Origin: Phoronis australis
Taxonomy: Eukaryota > Animalia > Phoronida
Length of the DNA stretch: 64,000 bases
Assembly (NCBI GenBank): GCA_002633005.1
Contig: NMRA01001025.1
Location: 1-64,000, forward strand
Direction: 5' to 3'
Positions 50,601 to 63,215 of this stretch are shown here, one piece after another; position 1 is the stretch's first letter, and every line of letters begins with the position of its first letter. The notes under the pieces are model-generated. The model saw only the letters and a program-made list of their open reading frames with translations. It was not told where the DNA came from and made no database searches. The translations under genes and the position numbers were made by a program.

Positions 50601-53600
50601 CTCGTGAAAATTAAGGAGATGTAAATAAGAATAATACATTCTGTAAAGAAATTTATTCACCTTTCAGAAAATGTATACTTTGTAGGAGTTAGAGCTAACA
50701 GAAAACAAGATATTTGCAGATAAGTACAACCTGGTAAACAAGGTCCACAGTTACCTTAAACGATCGAAATCGTTTTCTGTGTGTAATTTCCCAAAAACGG
50801 CAAAAGAAAGGCAAATGGTTCTATCGTTGGGGCCTCCTACGTGAGTGACTCCTCGCTTGCCACCTGATTCCTACATGTACGTTCCTGTTTAGTGGAGGCT
50901 ATGCTGTTCACTAACTTAGTTTGTGAGAGTGCTCACTAAATGTGAATATGCAAAACAGAGGCTCAGAAAGTTGAAACACTTTGGTCTTATGGAAAACGCA
51001 GTTTCTTACTTTCAACCGGGCTTATGTCTTTTAATGTGACATGGCCCACATGAACAGATAGATATTACAGGAAAAAAGACCTGCCAATATTTCGAGAGTT
51101 GTTCACGCGTCAGTTGAAAATGTAGTATACGTCCATGTTTAATGTGTTGATTTCCACGAAAACGACCTTCACCTTCAGCCTGTGCATGCATCCACAGCAG
51201 CAGTGGGGCGATGTTAAGTGCTCCTGCCTTGAATCTTTCCGTTGGATTCGCACCTGATGTTGTAAAACTGACAATTACGACTACACACACATCTTTGTAA
51301 GTGGGTGGCAGTATTTATTAGTGAATCAATATTTCAGGTTTACATGTTGTCAACATTTCTACGTGACTACAAGGGTTTTAAAATTTTAACACATCTGTGT
51401 CTAGCGTAATGACATGCAATTCGACGTCGTTTGCGCCACATCACTACTCGCAATATCCAGCGTAATCAATCGTCACTTTCTTGAATCGACAATCGTTGGG
51501 AGGCGGGTGCAATGCGTTGCAAATCTTGTAGCTGCAGTCAGCGTTATCAAGTTCACACGGGTTTTCTGGAAACAATAGTTGTAAGCATTATATGCATGTT
51601 TTATTCATAAAATATCTTTAATTACAAATAGTCTACGTTTACGGATTGTTTGTACCCTTATTTTAAGTGAACTAATCGGTTTGTCCATTATTTTCGATAC
51701 AGCCCCGTGTAGAAGAGGGATGCCAAGACTCTCAAGTGACCTAGCTATGCATTCTATTGTTAGCTTGTGACCCCTGAGACTTCACGCGGGACTGGCCGCG
51801 ACTATTTCCAGTTGTTTGGTCGACTTGGTTTTGATCAAGTCAAATTTCATTACTTCATTTTCACTTTCTCAGTTTTGTTCACAATGGAATTAACAAGAGA
51901 GACTTTTGAGGAACGGTTCCAGACAACTAGCGGTTGTTTGGCAAAATTAGTCAACAAGCCCGTCAATTACATTCTGGTCATTCCTTGCCACAGGCTCGAA
52001 GGCCTGGCTGGATGCTGGTAATAGTCTGACCTCTGGTATCTCTTCAGCTCTAGTTTTAGAACAACTATCAGAATTTTTAAATCAAGACGTTTTTGGGTGT
52101 TAAATGATGTTACAGTGTTTTATGGAAAAAGTGACATTTGGTTTCTGGGCGTTAGTACTTATAATAAATGAAGTTTAGACGCTACTAACAGGTGTGTTTA
52201 CGTGACTTTCGAAGAACGCATTTATTTTTGTGGCTAAGTGTGTATATACATTTTTATCCCATCTACACGTAAGTGTGAATACAGCCATGGAATACGTCAT
52301 AGAATACGTCATTAAATACGTGAAAGTAGAGACATCTTTTGAGGGATTGAAACCTTATACAACGGTTGGTGTGCAGTCTCATGCAGCGGAGTAAATCCGT
52401 GTGTACGACGGCAAATTTGATCGGTCTTCCTCATTTGATCTACCTAATACATTCATTCAAGACGTCATTCCTGAAAAAGCTCTAAAAATATGAACTTTCA
52501 ACAAAGATTTACCGATGAAAATTCCGACGCACGATGATCAGGTCCAATTATAGGCTTCGACATTTTTTTTTAAATAGTAAAATGTGGGTCACTAGACATG
52601 GGCCAATATAACCTACGCATTCTTCCCAACAAAATCCTGCAAATCTAATTCAATTCAAGCAAAAACGTTTCGTTATGAATGCATATAATATATTTACACT
52701 GAGAGCTAAGATATGTACAGGAAAGTGCGATCTGATATCGAGCATGTGTTTCTTCACTGACGCAGTCTACTCGCAGCAACATTTGACTCTCCCTCTCTCT
52801 CTGTTAGCTTCAAAACTGCGTTTTGCAATACAGTACTTACCACAAAATTCCACGCAGTAGTTTAGTTTCCATTGTTATTTTTCGGGGCTGTGATCAACGG
52901 AGGGAATACTTTTTTTACTATTTCCTGCCTTTCCAGAAGCTAAGAAACGAAAAATAGACCAAGAAAACTACAAAATCGATCGAAGTGGAATTGACAAACC
53001 AGTGTACACCTGTTCAGTTAACGTTACAAATTTTATATTCCCCACGACCTTTTAATATTATTGAATGGCTCGTGTTTTAGCTTGTATATTTCACAAAACG
53101 AAAACTGTTATCAACTTATTATGAAATAAAACTTTACTAATTATCCAACATCATAAATAATCGTGTCGCTTAACCGGCGAGGATACACTTGGCATGTATA
53201 TGACGTTATGTAACAACAACCCAAAGTGCATGGAACAAGATATCGCCTTTATGCAAATAAGTTTCCATACATGTGATACGTAAGTTATCCTACATAGATA
53301 GGAATGCAACTGTCATATCCAATCGAGAAGTCATTTCGTCTGGGAACATCCCAACGAGACCGAAGGTCGAATTAATGGTACATTCCAAGATAAAACGAAT
53401 TCGACATAGTACATGTATATCGCAGTAGCACGTATTCCTTACGTGGGATAACTTATGTTTATTCCGTGCTCTGTTCGAGTATAATACGAATTGTTCATGC
53501 GAATTTCTAGTCCACGTTTGTACTTGAATATACCTAGATTCCAGCCACAAATGCGAGAACACGCTCGAGATTTCGAGTGAAAACTTGAAATTTCGAGTTC

Positions 53601-55766
53601 GGGCTCGAAGGTTAATCCTCAACGCTTTAGTCATGAAGTGCGTGCTAGGATTAGTTAGATATCTACGTACACCAATATGCAAATGAGCATAAAAGAACAG
53701 TTTGCAAAAAGTAGAATGGAAAATGCGAAAAAGAATTTCGAGTTCGATTTCGAGTAAAAAGTTTAGACCCCTGGGCTAGATAACCTTTCCGCCTTATAAG
53801 TTATAACACATTCTTGGCACTGCAACGTGAAGTACGGAGCTTGGATGGGACGAAGGTATCTTCAAATGGGACGGAAATACTCAATAATGGAAGGGTTGGG
53901 TCAAAATTGAGAAGGACTGGCCAAAACGGGGAACGACAAACAAAAAATGGAAAGAACGTGGTTGCTATGAAAAGGACGATGTCGTATGATTTTTTCATTA
54001 AAACGCCACCTCAGTTAGTACACTCGAACCAGTCCTGCTTAATAACATCTGTGGGGACACGGAGTCTAATCTCCGAACTCAGACTTGACTTAGCCTTATA
54101 TTCAAAATTCAAGTAATTACGTTGCATAACGTGACGTGGAGTTGGTCAATTTTTCAAGTCAAATTTCATGTACACCCTGGGCCAGGTGCATTACTAATGT
54201 CGTGAAATGTTTTGTAGACCCTGAAAAACTTTTAAATTCCTTAGAAATATATAAAATAAAATAGAAATTTAATGTTTCTTGAGGTCTAGCATGGTCAGTA
54301 TTCCGGAGACAAGATATCGATTCGAGTTTAAGTAACTAATCAGACTTATATTAGAACGATGATGTTTTTAAATATTACTAATAACTTGGTTTACGTAGTT
54401 AAATAAGGTGAAGAATACTTCTTTTCTTCTTTGACAATTAAAGTTTACTGAAAAATTCAAAGTACGGCTGGTGTGTGGGTGCGTGCGTGCGTGCGTATAT
54501 GCGTGTGTTTCGGTACACGGCTTCATAATCGCTGTATTTTAAGTTTTTTAGAAATACACAAATAGCACAAATGAAATCGTTGCATGACGCCGATATAATG
54601 TACCCATTAGCAAGCCCTTACATGGCCTTGCTAAAAGTGTTATCAGATCATTCCATATGTGATCATTTGATGTAAAACTCAAAATTTTCTGTGTTTTTGC
54701 TCATCTACACCATGTCAATTGCTGATTCATGATGGAAATTTAAAATTTCAAGCCCTATGTGTCTTCCTGTAACGTGTTTAAACGAGTTATTAGTTTCACG
54801 AAAGTTGTAAGAACCTCTTCATTATATCCATTTTTGACTTTCAATCATGTGAAACCTCAGGACTCAAATCATGTATTCGTTTTCACTGGTTGTGAACATT
54901 GCCTATTTCAATTTTGAGTTTAGTTTTCTCGTCATTTCGTTCTTCCATAGACACACTGAAATCTGTGTGTTTATGGCTGTTCTACAACTTAAAATTTTCT
55001 AAGCTATTAGATTACTTATCGTTGACTGATTAGAGTATTTTTGTATGTGTGATGTGTATAACTGAACCCTTTACAGTGTCCGGAATGAAACATGTCCTAA
55101 CCCATTATATACATGTATTACTAGATAAGCCGGTAGTATGTGGGAAATGCCGATAGGATATAGCTACACCTTCAAGTGAACATCAGTGTTCATCGCAAGA
55201 GACAGGAATATTTCTTGAATAGACCGTTTTATTTCAAAGCTTCAATTAGAAATTCCGTCAGACTTAGACAGAGTGTGCGTGTGGTAACTGCCAAGAAAAA
55301 TCATTGTATAGTGGGCGTGTTTTCAGTCTAGTCATGTGTTGTTGGAGACCTCGTGTTTCGCTTCAGGTTTGGCTGGTGGCCAGGACTCGTGTATTTCTTA
55401 GTTGCTCTAATATAACAAGATATATATAAGAATGTAGTAAATGTGATCGTTTTTATTTGTTACCTTCGGTCATTACAGTGCGGTTGTGGAATCCTTTCGC
55501 CCCAGCACAATACAAATTTCTTTCCGGAACATTTGACCCTGACGTAACATAATGTACGGTAATCAGTTATTCTTTAAAGTCAAAGCTAAGAAAGCATTTA
55601 AAATATTCTATTAAACACAAAGTACGTAATGCATTTACAAAAATACATATAAAGCGGGGAGAAAGTCAGCTAGCTTTATGAATCAAGACTATAGTTAACT
55701 TACACATGCGCACACCCAGCCTTCAATATAGGTGGACTCGTATTACTGGCGATGTGGACCTTTTAC

Positions 55767-55870
55767 GAGGGAGGGAGGGAAGGAGGGAGGGACGGAGGGA
55801 AGTAGGGAGGGACGGAGGGATGGAGGGGGGAGAGATGGAGGGGGGAGGGAGAGAGAGACAGACAGAGAGA
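55767..55870. repeat. GGGA/GA-rich low-complexity tract
   Basis: Seen directly in the sequence. Confidence 0.85.
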
Positions 55871-57286
55871 TCTTAATACTACCAAAGAATGCAGGAAGTC
55901 TTGAGGTGTAATGAAGAAACATATAAATGCAAGGAGTGTGGAATTTATTTCCAATAATAGAATTACAGTGTACATTTCTAATATATGTAAAAACAGATGT
56001 TATATCAATTTCTTAATCAAAGTTTGAAAACTATGACGGCAATAAAACAGCTATTTATAGCGAAAATGGCAATTGTGAAATATTTAGAGTCAAAACCTCT
56101 GATGGAGTTTTATTTCGGTAAGCAGCGAGTCCATGTATGAATCTCGTGTGGATAGAACGAATTTCGAACACATTTGTCCCTCTTGTAAATAAAATATATC
56201 TGCCTTGATTTACGGGCTACATGCATGCAGTACAGACAAAGTGAAGCAATCGTTCAATAGTTAGTTTCCTCAGGTAAGGTGTGGTAGGTTAACCAGGGCA
56301 GATCTTCGTATTACGCATTATGTCATTGCATAAATCACAGTCACAGACCTAATTTACGCCGACAGGAGGCACGATCCAAAACGAGGCTCGCTACGATAGC
56401 TCTGTTGGCTCTTCGGCATAGTTGTATTCCGCGATGCTCGAACGGCTAGAAAAAATACGGACACTGTCTGTTCTACAATCCCTAAGGACGTTGACATTTG
56501 GAAGCGTTTCGTCGTTGCCATATGCCGCAACGAAGGAAAATATGTCCGGTGTGAAATTTATAATTGTTTTCCAAAAGTTAGATTATATTCTGGGACATCA
56601 TAAAAACAACCGCAGAATCCTCGGCCAGCCAGGCTGGGTTTTCATGACTACGGGTTGAAACGTGATGTTTTTTCTTTTCAAAAAGGACAGAGTCCTCATT
56701 CCCTCGATTTTGGGGCCGAATATCGTCAAAATATATTTAATAACATCAACTATTCTTTCAGATCAATGACAAATCAACTATTAGTCCCGGTAGTCCCTAC
56801 CTCACCAGTACCTAGGTTATGCGTGATTAACAAATTAAAGCAGATAAGACAAATTGCACATCACAGCAAAATGTGATGAGCCACCACTGTCTAACACATC
56901 TTCAACTCGTCAACAATACGAGCATATGACCTGGTTTGTGTAGAAAGCATTATCAACAAATTACAAGAAGAAACGTAACCCTGCATTCACCATAATACCT
57001 AATCTGTAACACTACGATCGCCGCAATTTGGTCATATTTACTTTTTATGATTCGAACCTAGTTTTCCGAAAAATATACCCTTTCGTCAGACAACTCTTTG
57101 GTACATTGACTTGTTCTCTAATGTATTTTTCTACGTCTCTCTAGGTAATTGCCGACACATTTTTACGATTTAATATTCAGGTTGGACTCGAAAGACCGAC
57201 CATTTAACTCACGCAATGACAATTTCCGCTTTGTTTATCGCAGTCAGCCTCGCTTTGTATTTTAATGTGCGCAGCGTGAGTTAGGT

Positions 57287-58461
57287 CTATATGACCTCGA
57301 GGTCTACGGCGTCCTCTATGAAGCCAATGTAGCATTCTTTTAACTTCACATCAACCTCGTTGAAGTTCTCTATTTTCGATTTCTGAGACAATTCTTCGTA
57401 TCTCTTCATGTATTCTTCTTTGCTTGTAGCCTCGTTTCTCATTTTTTGATAATTTTCGTATGTCTCTTGGCTAGCTAGAAAGAAGGGAATAGCCGTGATC
57501 CCCACAAGTATGCCCATCACGGCGGACTTTTTGAACATTCTTTTGACGACATCGAGCGTGAACTCTGGACACTCGAACTTAACATGTCGAAGAACGCTCA
57601 TGAAGGTCGTGTGGTAGAGTTCTAGAAGTTCTTGAAGATGAGCTTTACGCAAGCTTCTTGAGGTGCTAAGAAAAAGAAAGTAGGCCAAGTCGCTTGTCGG
57701 TATAGAATACCGCACTACTTGCAGGTCGAGTAGGGATATTGCTACCGGCTTCTCATTTTCGTACCGAAACAGCATATTATTAACCCAACTGTCACCGTGA
57801 CAAATAACACCAAATGACTCATCAGGACGGATGGCTATCTGGACCTCTTCAAGGACACGGTCTTGTATTTCCAACAATTTTCTGGCTCGTTCTTTGATTT
57901 CTGTTGACACTGAACTCGAGTTCTGCACGACATCCAGGAGGTCGCCAATGTTTTTTTTTCCACCCGTTTTCAACATATCTCCAAATACAGAGCCGAACTG
58001 TGCCTCGTGGAATACAAATTCGAAGTCTCGTCTCAGTTTTTTCACGTCTCTGTTCTTTAGGGCCAGCGTCAAGGCGTGCCAGGTTGCCAGTTCTTTCATA
58101 ACTAACTTACAGTGGTCCAAATCAGCTCCCTGTCTCTTGTCAATCATGGTAAACCCCTTTGGTCTCAAATCTTTAACTATGACTATACCGGGTACATTCG
58201 TAGAATCTTCCCTTCCGTAGCAGAATATCGGTACTGACGGAACTATGGGTTTTATTCCTATATTCTCTTGCATCTGTATCAATGCTGGCACTATCTTCGT
58301 ATAGGCACCAATTTCTTTTTGAAATAATCGTGCTTTTAAAACCATTTCGCTCAGGTGTTCGTTCTTCTTAGTTGTCTTCACGATGAGGCTATGCTCTTCT
58401 TCTGCGTCATCTCGCTGAGCTGTGACCTTGACACGAAGTACATAAGTGGCCATGTTGTCAC
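57287..58461 (-). CDS. Ecdysteroid-kinase-like (EcKL / CHK kinase-like, APH-choline kinase fold) gene, exon 2
   Basis: Motifs IVKT, LFQKEIGAY, LATWHA, ICHGDSWVNNMLFRY (Brenner motif), LLDLQ, SDLAYFL. The acceptor ttttcttgcttag|GTGAC at 58461 shows that the ORF-track start MCKRDCFSCL is intronic. Confidence 0.92.
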
Positions 58462-59784
58462 CTAAGCAAGAAAAACAGTCACGTTTGCACATTTACCCAA
58501 GGCTATGAATAAATAATTTTGACTGCTAGTGATATATCTCATGAAAGCTAGAGTAAAAACCAATAAACATATACAATGCTCTTAGGTTGCAGCTTACTCA
58601 TAAAGTAGGAGCGTCTAGTGAATGAATACCAATGCAGGTGATGACTCAAAACCAAAATCTACCGCACTTTATACAAGTACTTAATCTTTTATCATACTCG
58701 CTCGTGTATTTACATGTACAATAGCCACAACCGACGTTTAATATGTTTTGGACTAAAGCTTGGGCTGCCAAAAAGGATTGCGGGATGGTGGTAATTTAAA
58801 AAAGCACCGCCAGAGGACGTAGATCAATTTATTATAGTACTGTAGTAATTCATGGTGCCAGACTGCTTTAGACACGAGAACATCGCAAAAAATCCAATAT
58901 CTCACGAAGCTTAGCGAGATTGTAAAGAATGGATAATTGTGAATATAGTCTGTTACTTTGCTGGTGTCAGTGTTCAGCGATTGTTGCCGGGACATTTATA
59001 TGCAAATGAACTGCTGTGTTGGCCGGGCGCATTCAAATGTTCGACCTAGATGCGGTAGTCGAGAGCCAGCCGTGTCACAGTGTAGACGTGTTAGAAGCTG
59101 TTCACAGAAAGTGGAACGTTTGTGTCTACAGTATACTTTGGACATTCATCGGACAAAGATGATGGGGTCGAATGCTGACCACCACAAAAGAATGTGCACT
59201 GACTGTGTGAAATAAGATGTACTTTTGACTCAGTAACATTAGTTTGGGGTGCCACGTGGAGAGTGGGGTTCCCAGACGAAACTTATTAATTGTGTGTAAA
59301 TGTTCGTTTTTTTAATGTTGAAACTTCATTAAATAGTATTTCTTTTAAACTTAATTTTTCTATTAAATTGTCTCATTAAAGTCACGTCGTGACAGAGATA
59401 ACGCCATCTAACACAATGTAAAACGTAGCACGTGTTCACATTACGTCTCGGGGTTTATCACAGATACGATTGACCAGGTAGCATCCAGGCACCCAAATCA
59501 ACTACCACCTTGGCGACGAGAGGAACTCCAGTTAGACACTTTTTGAATTCTGGATTAGCATTCAATAGATTTCTTGCCGCGGTTGAATTTACCTCGTAGA
59601 AACTGGCTGCACGTTTTCAGTTTTGTACTGCGTTTGAAGGCTACGAATGACCCTTGTGTGATTTACGAGTGTTCTAAATGAAAAAATGCTAGGTGTGAAC
59701 CCGTAGATTAATTTTGCGCAGTCGCGGTTTTTCCGAAAGCTCTTCTACAAGAAAGTGCGAAGTTGAAATTTATCACTAAAATTC

Positions 59785-60897
59785 GGATTGCTCTAAAACC
59801 CCTCGACTCCGACACCGCATGACCCACTCGAACCACGATCCCCTTGACCCACAACCCCCACGACTCGACCCACGGCCCACACTGCCCTCGACTCAGTCTA
59901 CACAAGCTCGACTCAGTTCAAACATAAAATTAGCACTGACTTGCAGGACCAACGAGTCGTGCCGTGAGGTCGGCTGGCTTTTCCCTGTTTTTTGCAATCT
60001 AAAGAGTCGATTCGGCAATCTTGAAAACCAAAAACAGAGGAAAAAACAACGCCAACAAATTAAAGCCTTACCAACGTTACAAATATCGTTCTCGGTAAAG
60101 CTATGGTCACAACCCGCCGTGCGTGTTTATTGTTCGTACGTTTTCTGCGGACTCCACGGGCACCACGTTTTTCTGAAAACGTGAGTAGGGAGTGGCAAGC
60201 GCAGGGAGGACGTACGTCACACGTACTGCCGTGAATCTGTAATGCGAACGCAGCTTGCACGCAGAGAAAGTTCTGCATGCACTAAAAGTGCTACGTCGTG
60301 TCTGCGTTCTCCTGCGTATTCACCAAAACGCACGGAGGCCGTACTTGCCACGTACGGATCGCCAAATTTCCCCCACGTTTTTACACGTAGACAGCACGCA
60401 CTTGCACGTACGGCGGGTTGTGACCAAGGCTTCAAGTGTAATCGTCTCGTTTGCTCTTCAGTGAATGACAGATTCAAGATTTTTTAGAGAGCGCGAGGAA
60501 CTAAAGAAAATATTGTTTCTTCTGAATACAGTTTTAAAAACAAATTGTTAACTAAAAAGTATCTCAACGTTACATGAGTTATCTTGTAAACGAGTATACA
60601 ACAAAAAGCAAACAATAAACATGTGAACATACTTCCATTCACGTTAACGTATACTCTCGCTAAGTTTAGTAAACAGGGCCATTGGTAGCTGCTCGTAAAA
60701 CTATTTCCGTGACAACGATAAGACGCTCAAAATCCGCTATTTCAGAACGTGTTCTTACACCACTTTCTGTTTTTAACCATCAGACTTGAGCCAGAGCAGA
60801 TTTGCATGTAAGTGGGTCGAGGGGGTCGTGGGTCGAGGGGGTCGTGGGTCGAGGGAGTCGTGGGATGTGGGGATCGAAGGGGTCTTAGAACAGTTCC
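59785..60897. mobile_element. ~1.1-kb TIR element with (ccctcgacccacgacc)n subterminal arrays, in the EcKL intron
   Basis: ggattgctctaaaacccc / ggggtcttagaacagttcc; arrays at ~59800-59910 and, inverted, at ~60810-60880. Confidence 0.65.
60099..60431 (-). mobile_element. PIF/Harbinger-type MITE nested in the element above
   Basis: Reverse complement of 28811-29144 with few differences; flanks taa / tca. Confidence 0.88.
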
Positions 60898-61482
60898 AAA
60901 AATAAAATTCGGGTGCCCTCCAGACACTTTGAAGCTGTGAAAATTTTGTGCATGATTTCCGATAAGAGAATTTTGGCGGTCTGAAAGCACCGTCTCTAAA
61001 TTCACACATTGTAGTAATTGCGTGGTGGCTTTGGGACTGAAAAATCACGTTTTTAAATGACCGGCTGCATTTGCGGTAGTAGTAAAGAATGCAAAATTCA
61101 CTTTGGAACCTGGTCTTTGTGCGATATTGGGACAGTGTGCTTTCATATTTTCAGGGTTTTTCATACCCTTCGCTTCAGTGGAGTGGAGCTTTGCAGTTAC
61201 GGTTTCTCAAGTCCAAACCCAACAAACATTGCAATTGAGTGTCACCGTGGAGGATACGTAGCTCGCAAATACATGCTATGGGATGCTCACACATAGATTT
61301 TCGCTATCTGTAAAAGATATAGTTAACGGCACAGGTGCCTAAGTCAATTTTTCCAGGTAAGGAACTTGCCGTAATGGCTCACCAATATATATTTAATGTT
61401 ATACCCCTGCATGGTAAAGAACACGTTAAATTTTAATCAGTAATTTGTTCCAGGATTTATCTACAAAAAGGTTTTCGGAATT

Positions 61483-61646
61483 GGTGCTGAGTAGACTGAC
61501 CGCCCATCAAATTGTGCCGAGTATACTTGTACTGGCCACCAATCAGATTGTGGCGGGTATATTTGCCGCCCAACGAATTGTGCTGCGATACTAGCCACTC
61601 ATCAAATTGTGCCGAGTAGATTGGTCACCTATCAAATTAGTGCCCA
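61483..61646. repeat. Degenerate ~30-bp minisatellite (about 5 units)
   Basis: Units resemble gtgccgagtagactggccacccatcaaatt, head to tail with no unique spacers. Confidence 0.75.
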
Positions 61647-61803
61647 CATTCCCATTAACAGCGACTTTGACTAAATGGTTTTTCCCTGCATAATATTAGA
61701 AAAACTATAAAAATATGTCAATGTTTTGCCAATGTGTATGGCCATACATGTAGTACTAGCTTTATAATGCGGAAGATAGTGGATTTCACGTTTCATGGCT
61801 TAC

Positions 61804-61951
61804 CTATCTTTGACGCCCACTCTGTTGTGAAATTCTTTACGGTAATATTTTCCGTTCCTTCTGACTTTCGTATTGCCTCTTCAAGTATATCTGTTGTTAT
61901 CACTTGCACTACTTCCGAGATGTTTCTGCTTTCTGACACAGAATCGGCCAT
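61804..61951 (-). CDS. EcKL gene, coding exon 1
   Basis: ATG at 61951; encodes MADSVSESRNISEVVQVITTDILEEAIRKSEGTENITVKNFTTEWASKI, then G|gtaag in phase 1. Splicing rebuilds the typical EcKL N-terminal xGDN motif (KIGDNMAT); 440 aa in total. Confidence 0.85.
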
Positions 61952-62309
61952 TACGGATGTACATGTACAAGTCGCGAAAACTGAGCAAACGAAAACACGT
62001 GTGGTGAATAAGGCCGTGTATGAGAGTGAGTTAATCAGGTGATTTCAAAGTCGAATAGTTGATAACAGATTCTTGTTATCAAATATTCGCATGCATATCG
62101 GAGCAATCAGTATTTCTTGACCTACTGAGCCTCAAATTTAGATGTACCCGCCAATAAGGCTGATAAAATTTTCCAAAACTCGCGGGAAATGGGGCTATTC
62201 GGAGAATTCTCCTCGCGGTGTCGCTGCTGTACTAGTGGTGATTGAATTGCGCATGCGTGGCTGTCTGCATGTAAACAACTGGTAAAAGATGGAATTTTTA
62301 TCAAAATAC

Positions 62310-63215
62310 GTCGTCGCGCTAAGCCTTATTACTGCTAATTTCCTTGGTGCAAGTCTTCGACAGGAGGCCACAAATTTCCAAAAGACCTAAGGTTACTATA
62401 TTCGTGGACAACTGCGGTCAACAGGGTCAACTAACTGACAAAAAGTGTGTGGATGCTGAAGCCCCGTCTGTGCTCTATGTCTAAGTATGACTATGCAGTT
62501 CCATTCGGAGACTACACAACATTACTTGGTAAGTTTTTAGCAATCAGTTTCTATCAACATCGTTCGGTGATGTTATCCCCACCAGTTACCCCCACTGAAT
62601 AACAGTTTTATTGAGTGGAACTAAGTGTTTCTTTTTGGAAACTCACCCGATGCCGGGTAGGCTTGCAGCACATATTGTCCTGGGTGGGAGTGCTCCCAAA
62701 ATAAGAGGTGTATGGTACGTGATGCACAGAAGTCAAGAGTGACTTTTTCACAGCAGTTTCTCTTCAAAACTATGCTGTTTCCAATAAAATTCTCAAGATG
62801 AGTGAGTTTCCTTATTTTATCGTGGACCCCACCCCCAGGACCACCAGCTCAGTTATCGAATTAACATGGATAAGCCTTAATTCAGTAAATGTCGTAACAT
62901 TGCATTGGAAAAAAATTGACACCTAGAATGAATTTTACTTGTTGAGATCAGAAGCACATTTTAAGTGTCGTGAAAAATACACATTGTTAAATCACTTTTA
63001 GCCTGTTTCACATATTTTTATGTAGATATTAAATAAGACTTGGGTACAAAGGTTATCAGTTTCTACACATAAACATGAAGATGAAATGTCAAGTATGTTC
63101 TGCCTTACAAAAGCAGTTTTGTCTTGTCTTTTCTTTTACAATTTGCTAATATTTCTATTCTGTTACAGGCAAGAAAAAACAACTGAAACCAACCGCCTGA
63201 CCATCTATTTCACCG
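62310..63215 (+). pseudogene. Decayed, intron-containing THAP domain sequence
   Basis: YC*FPWCKSSTGGHKFPKDLRLLYSWTTAVNR...RLCS...DY...LL, then G|gtaag (62529) ... ttacag|GC (63169) KKKQLKPTA*PSI (AVPTIF-like box); in-frame stops present. Confidence 0.65.

Noticed and set aside
57831-58220. 129-aa + strand ORF (and 61734-62042)
   Set aside because: Antisense shadows of the EcKL exons.
61483-61646. Regularly spaced ~30-bp repeats resembling a CRISPR array
   Set aside because: Units are contiguous and degenerate with no unique spacers, there are no cas genes, and the site is a eukaryotic intron: a minisatellite.
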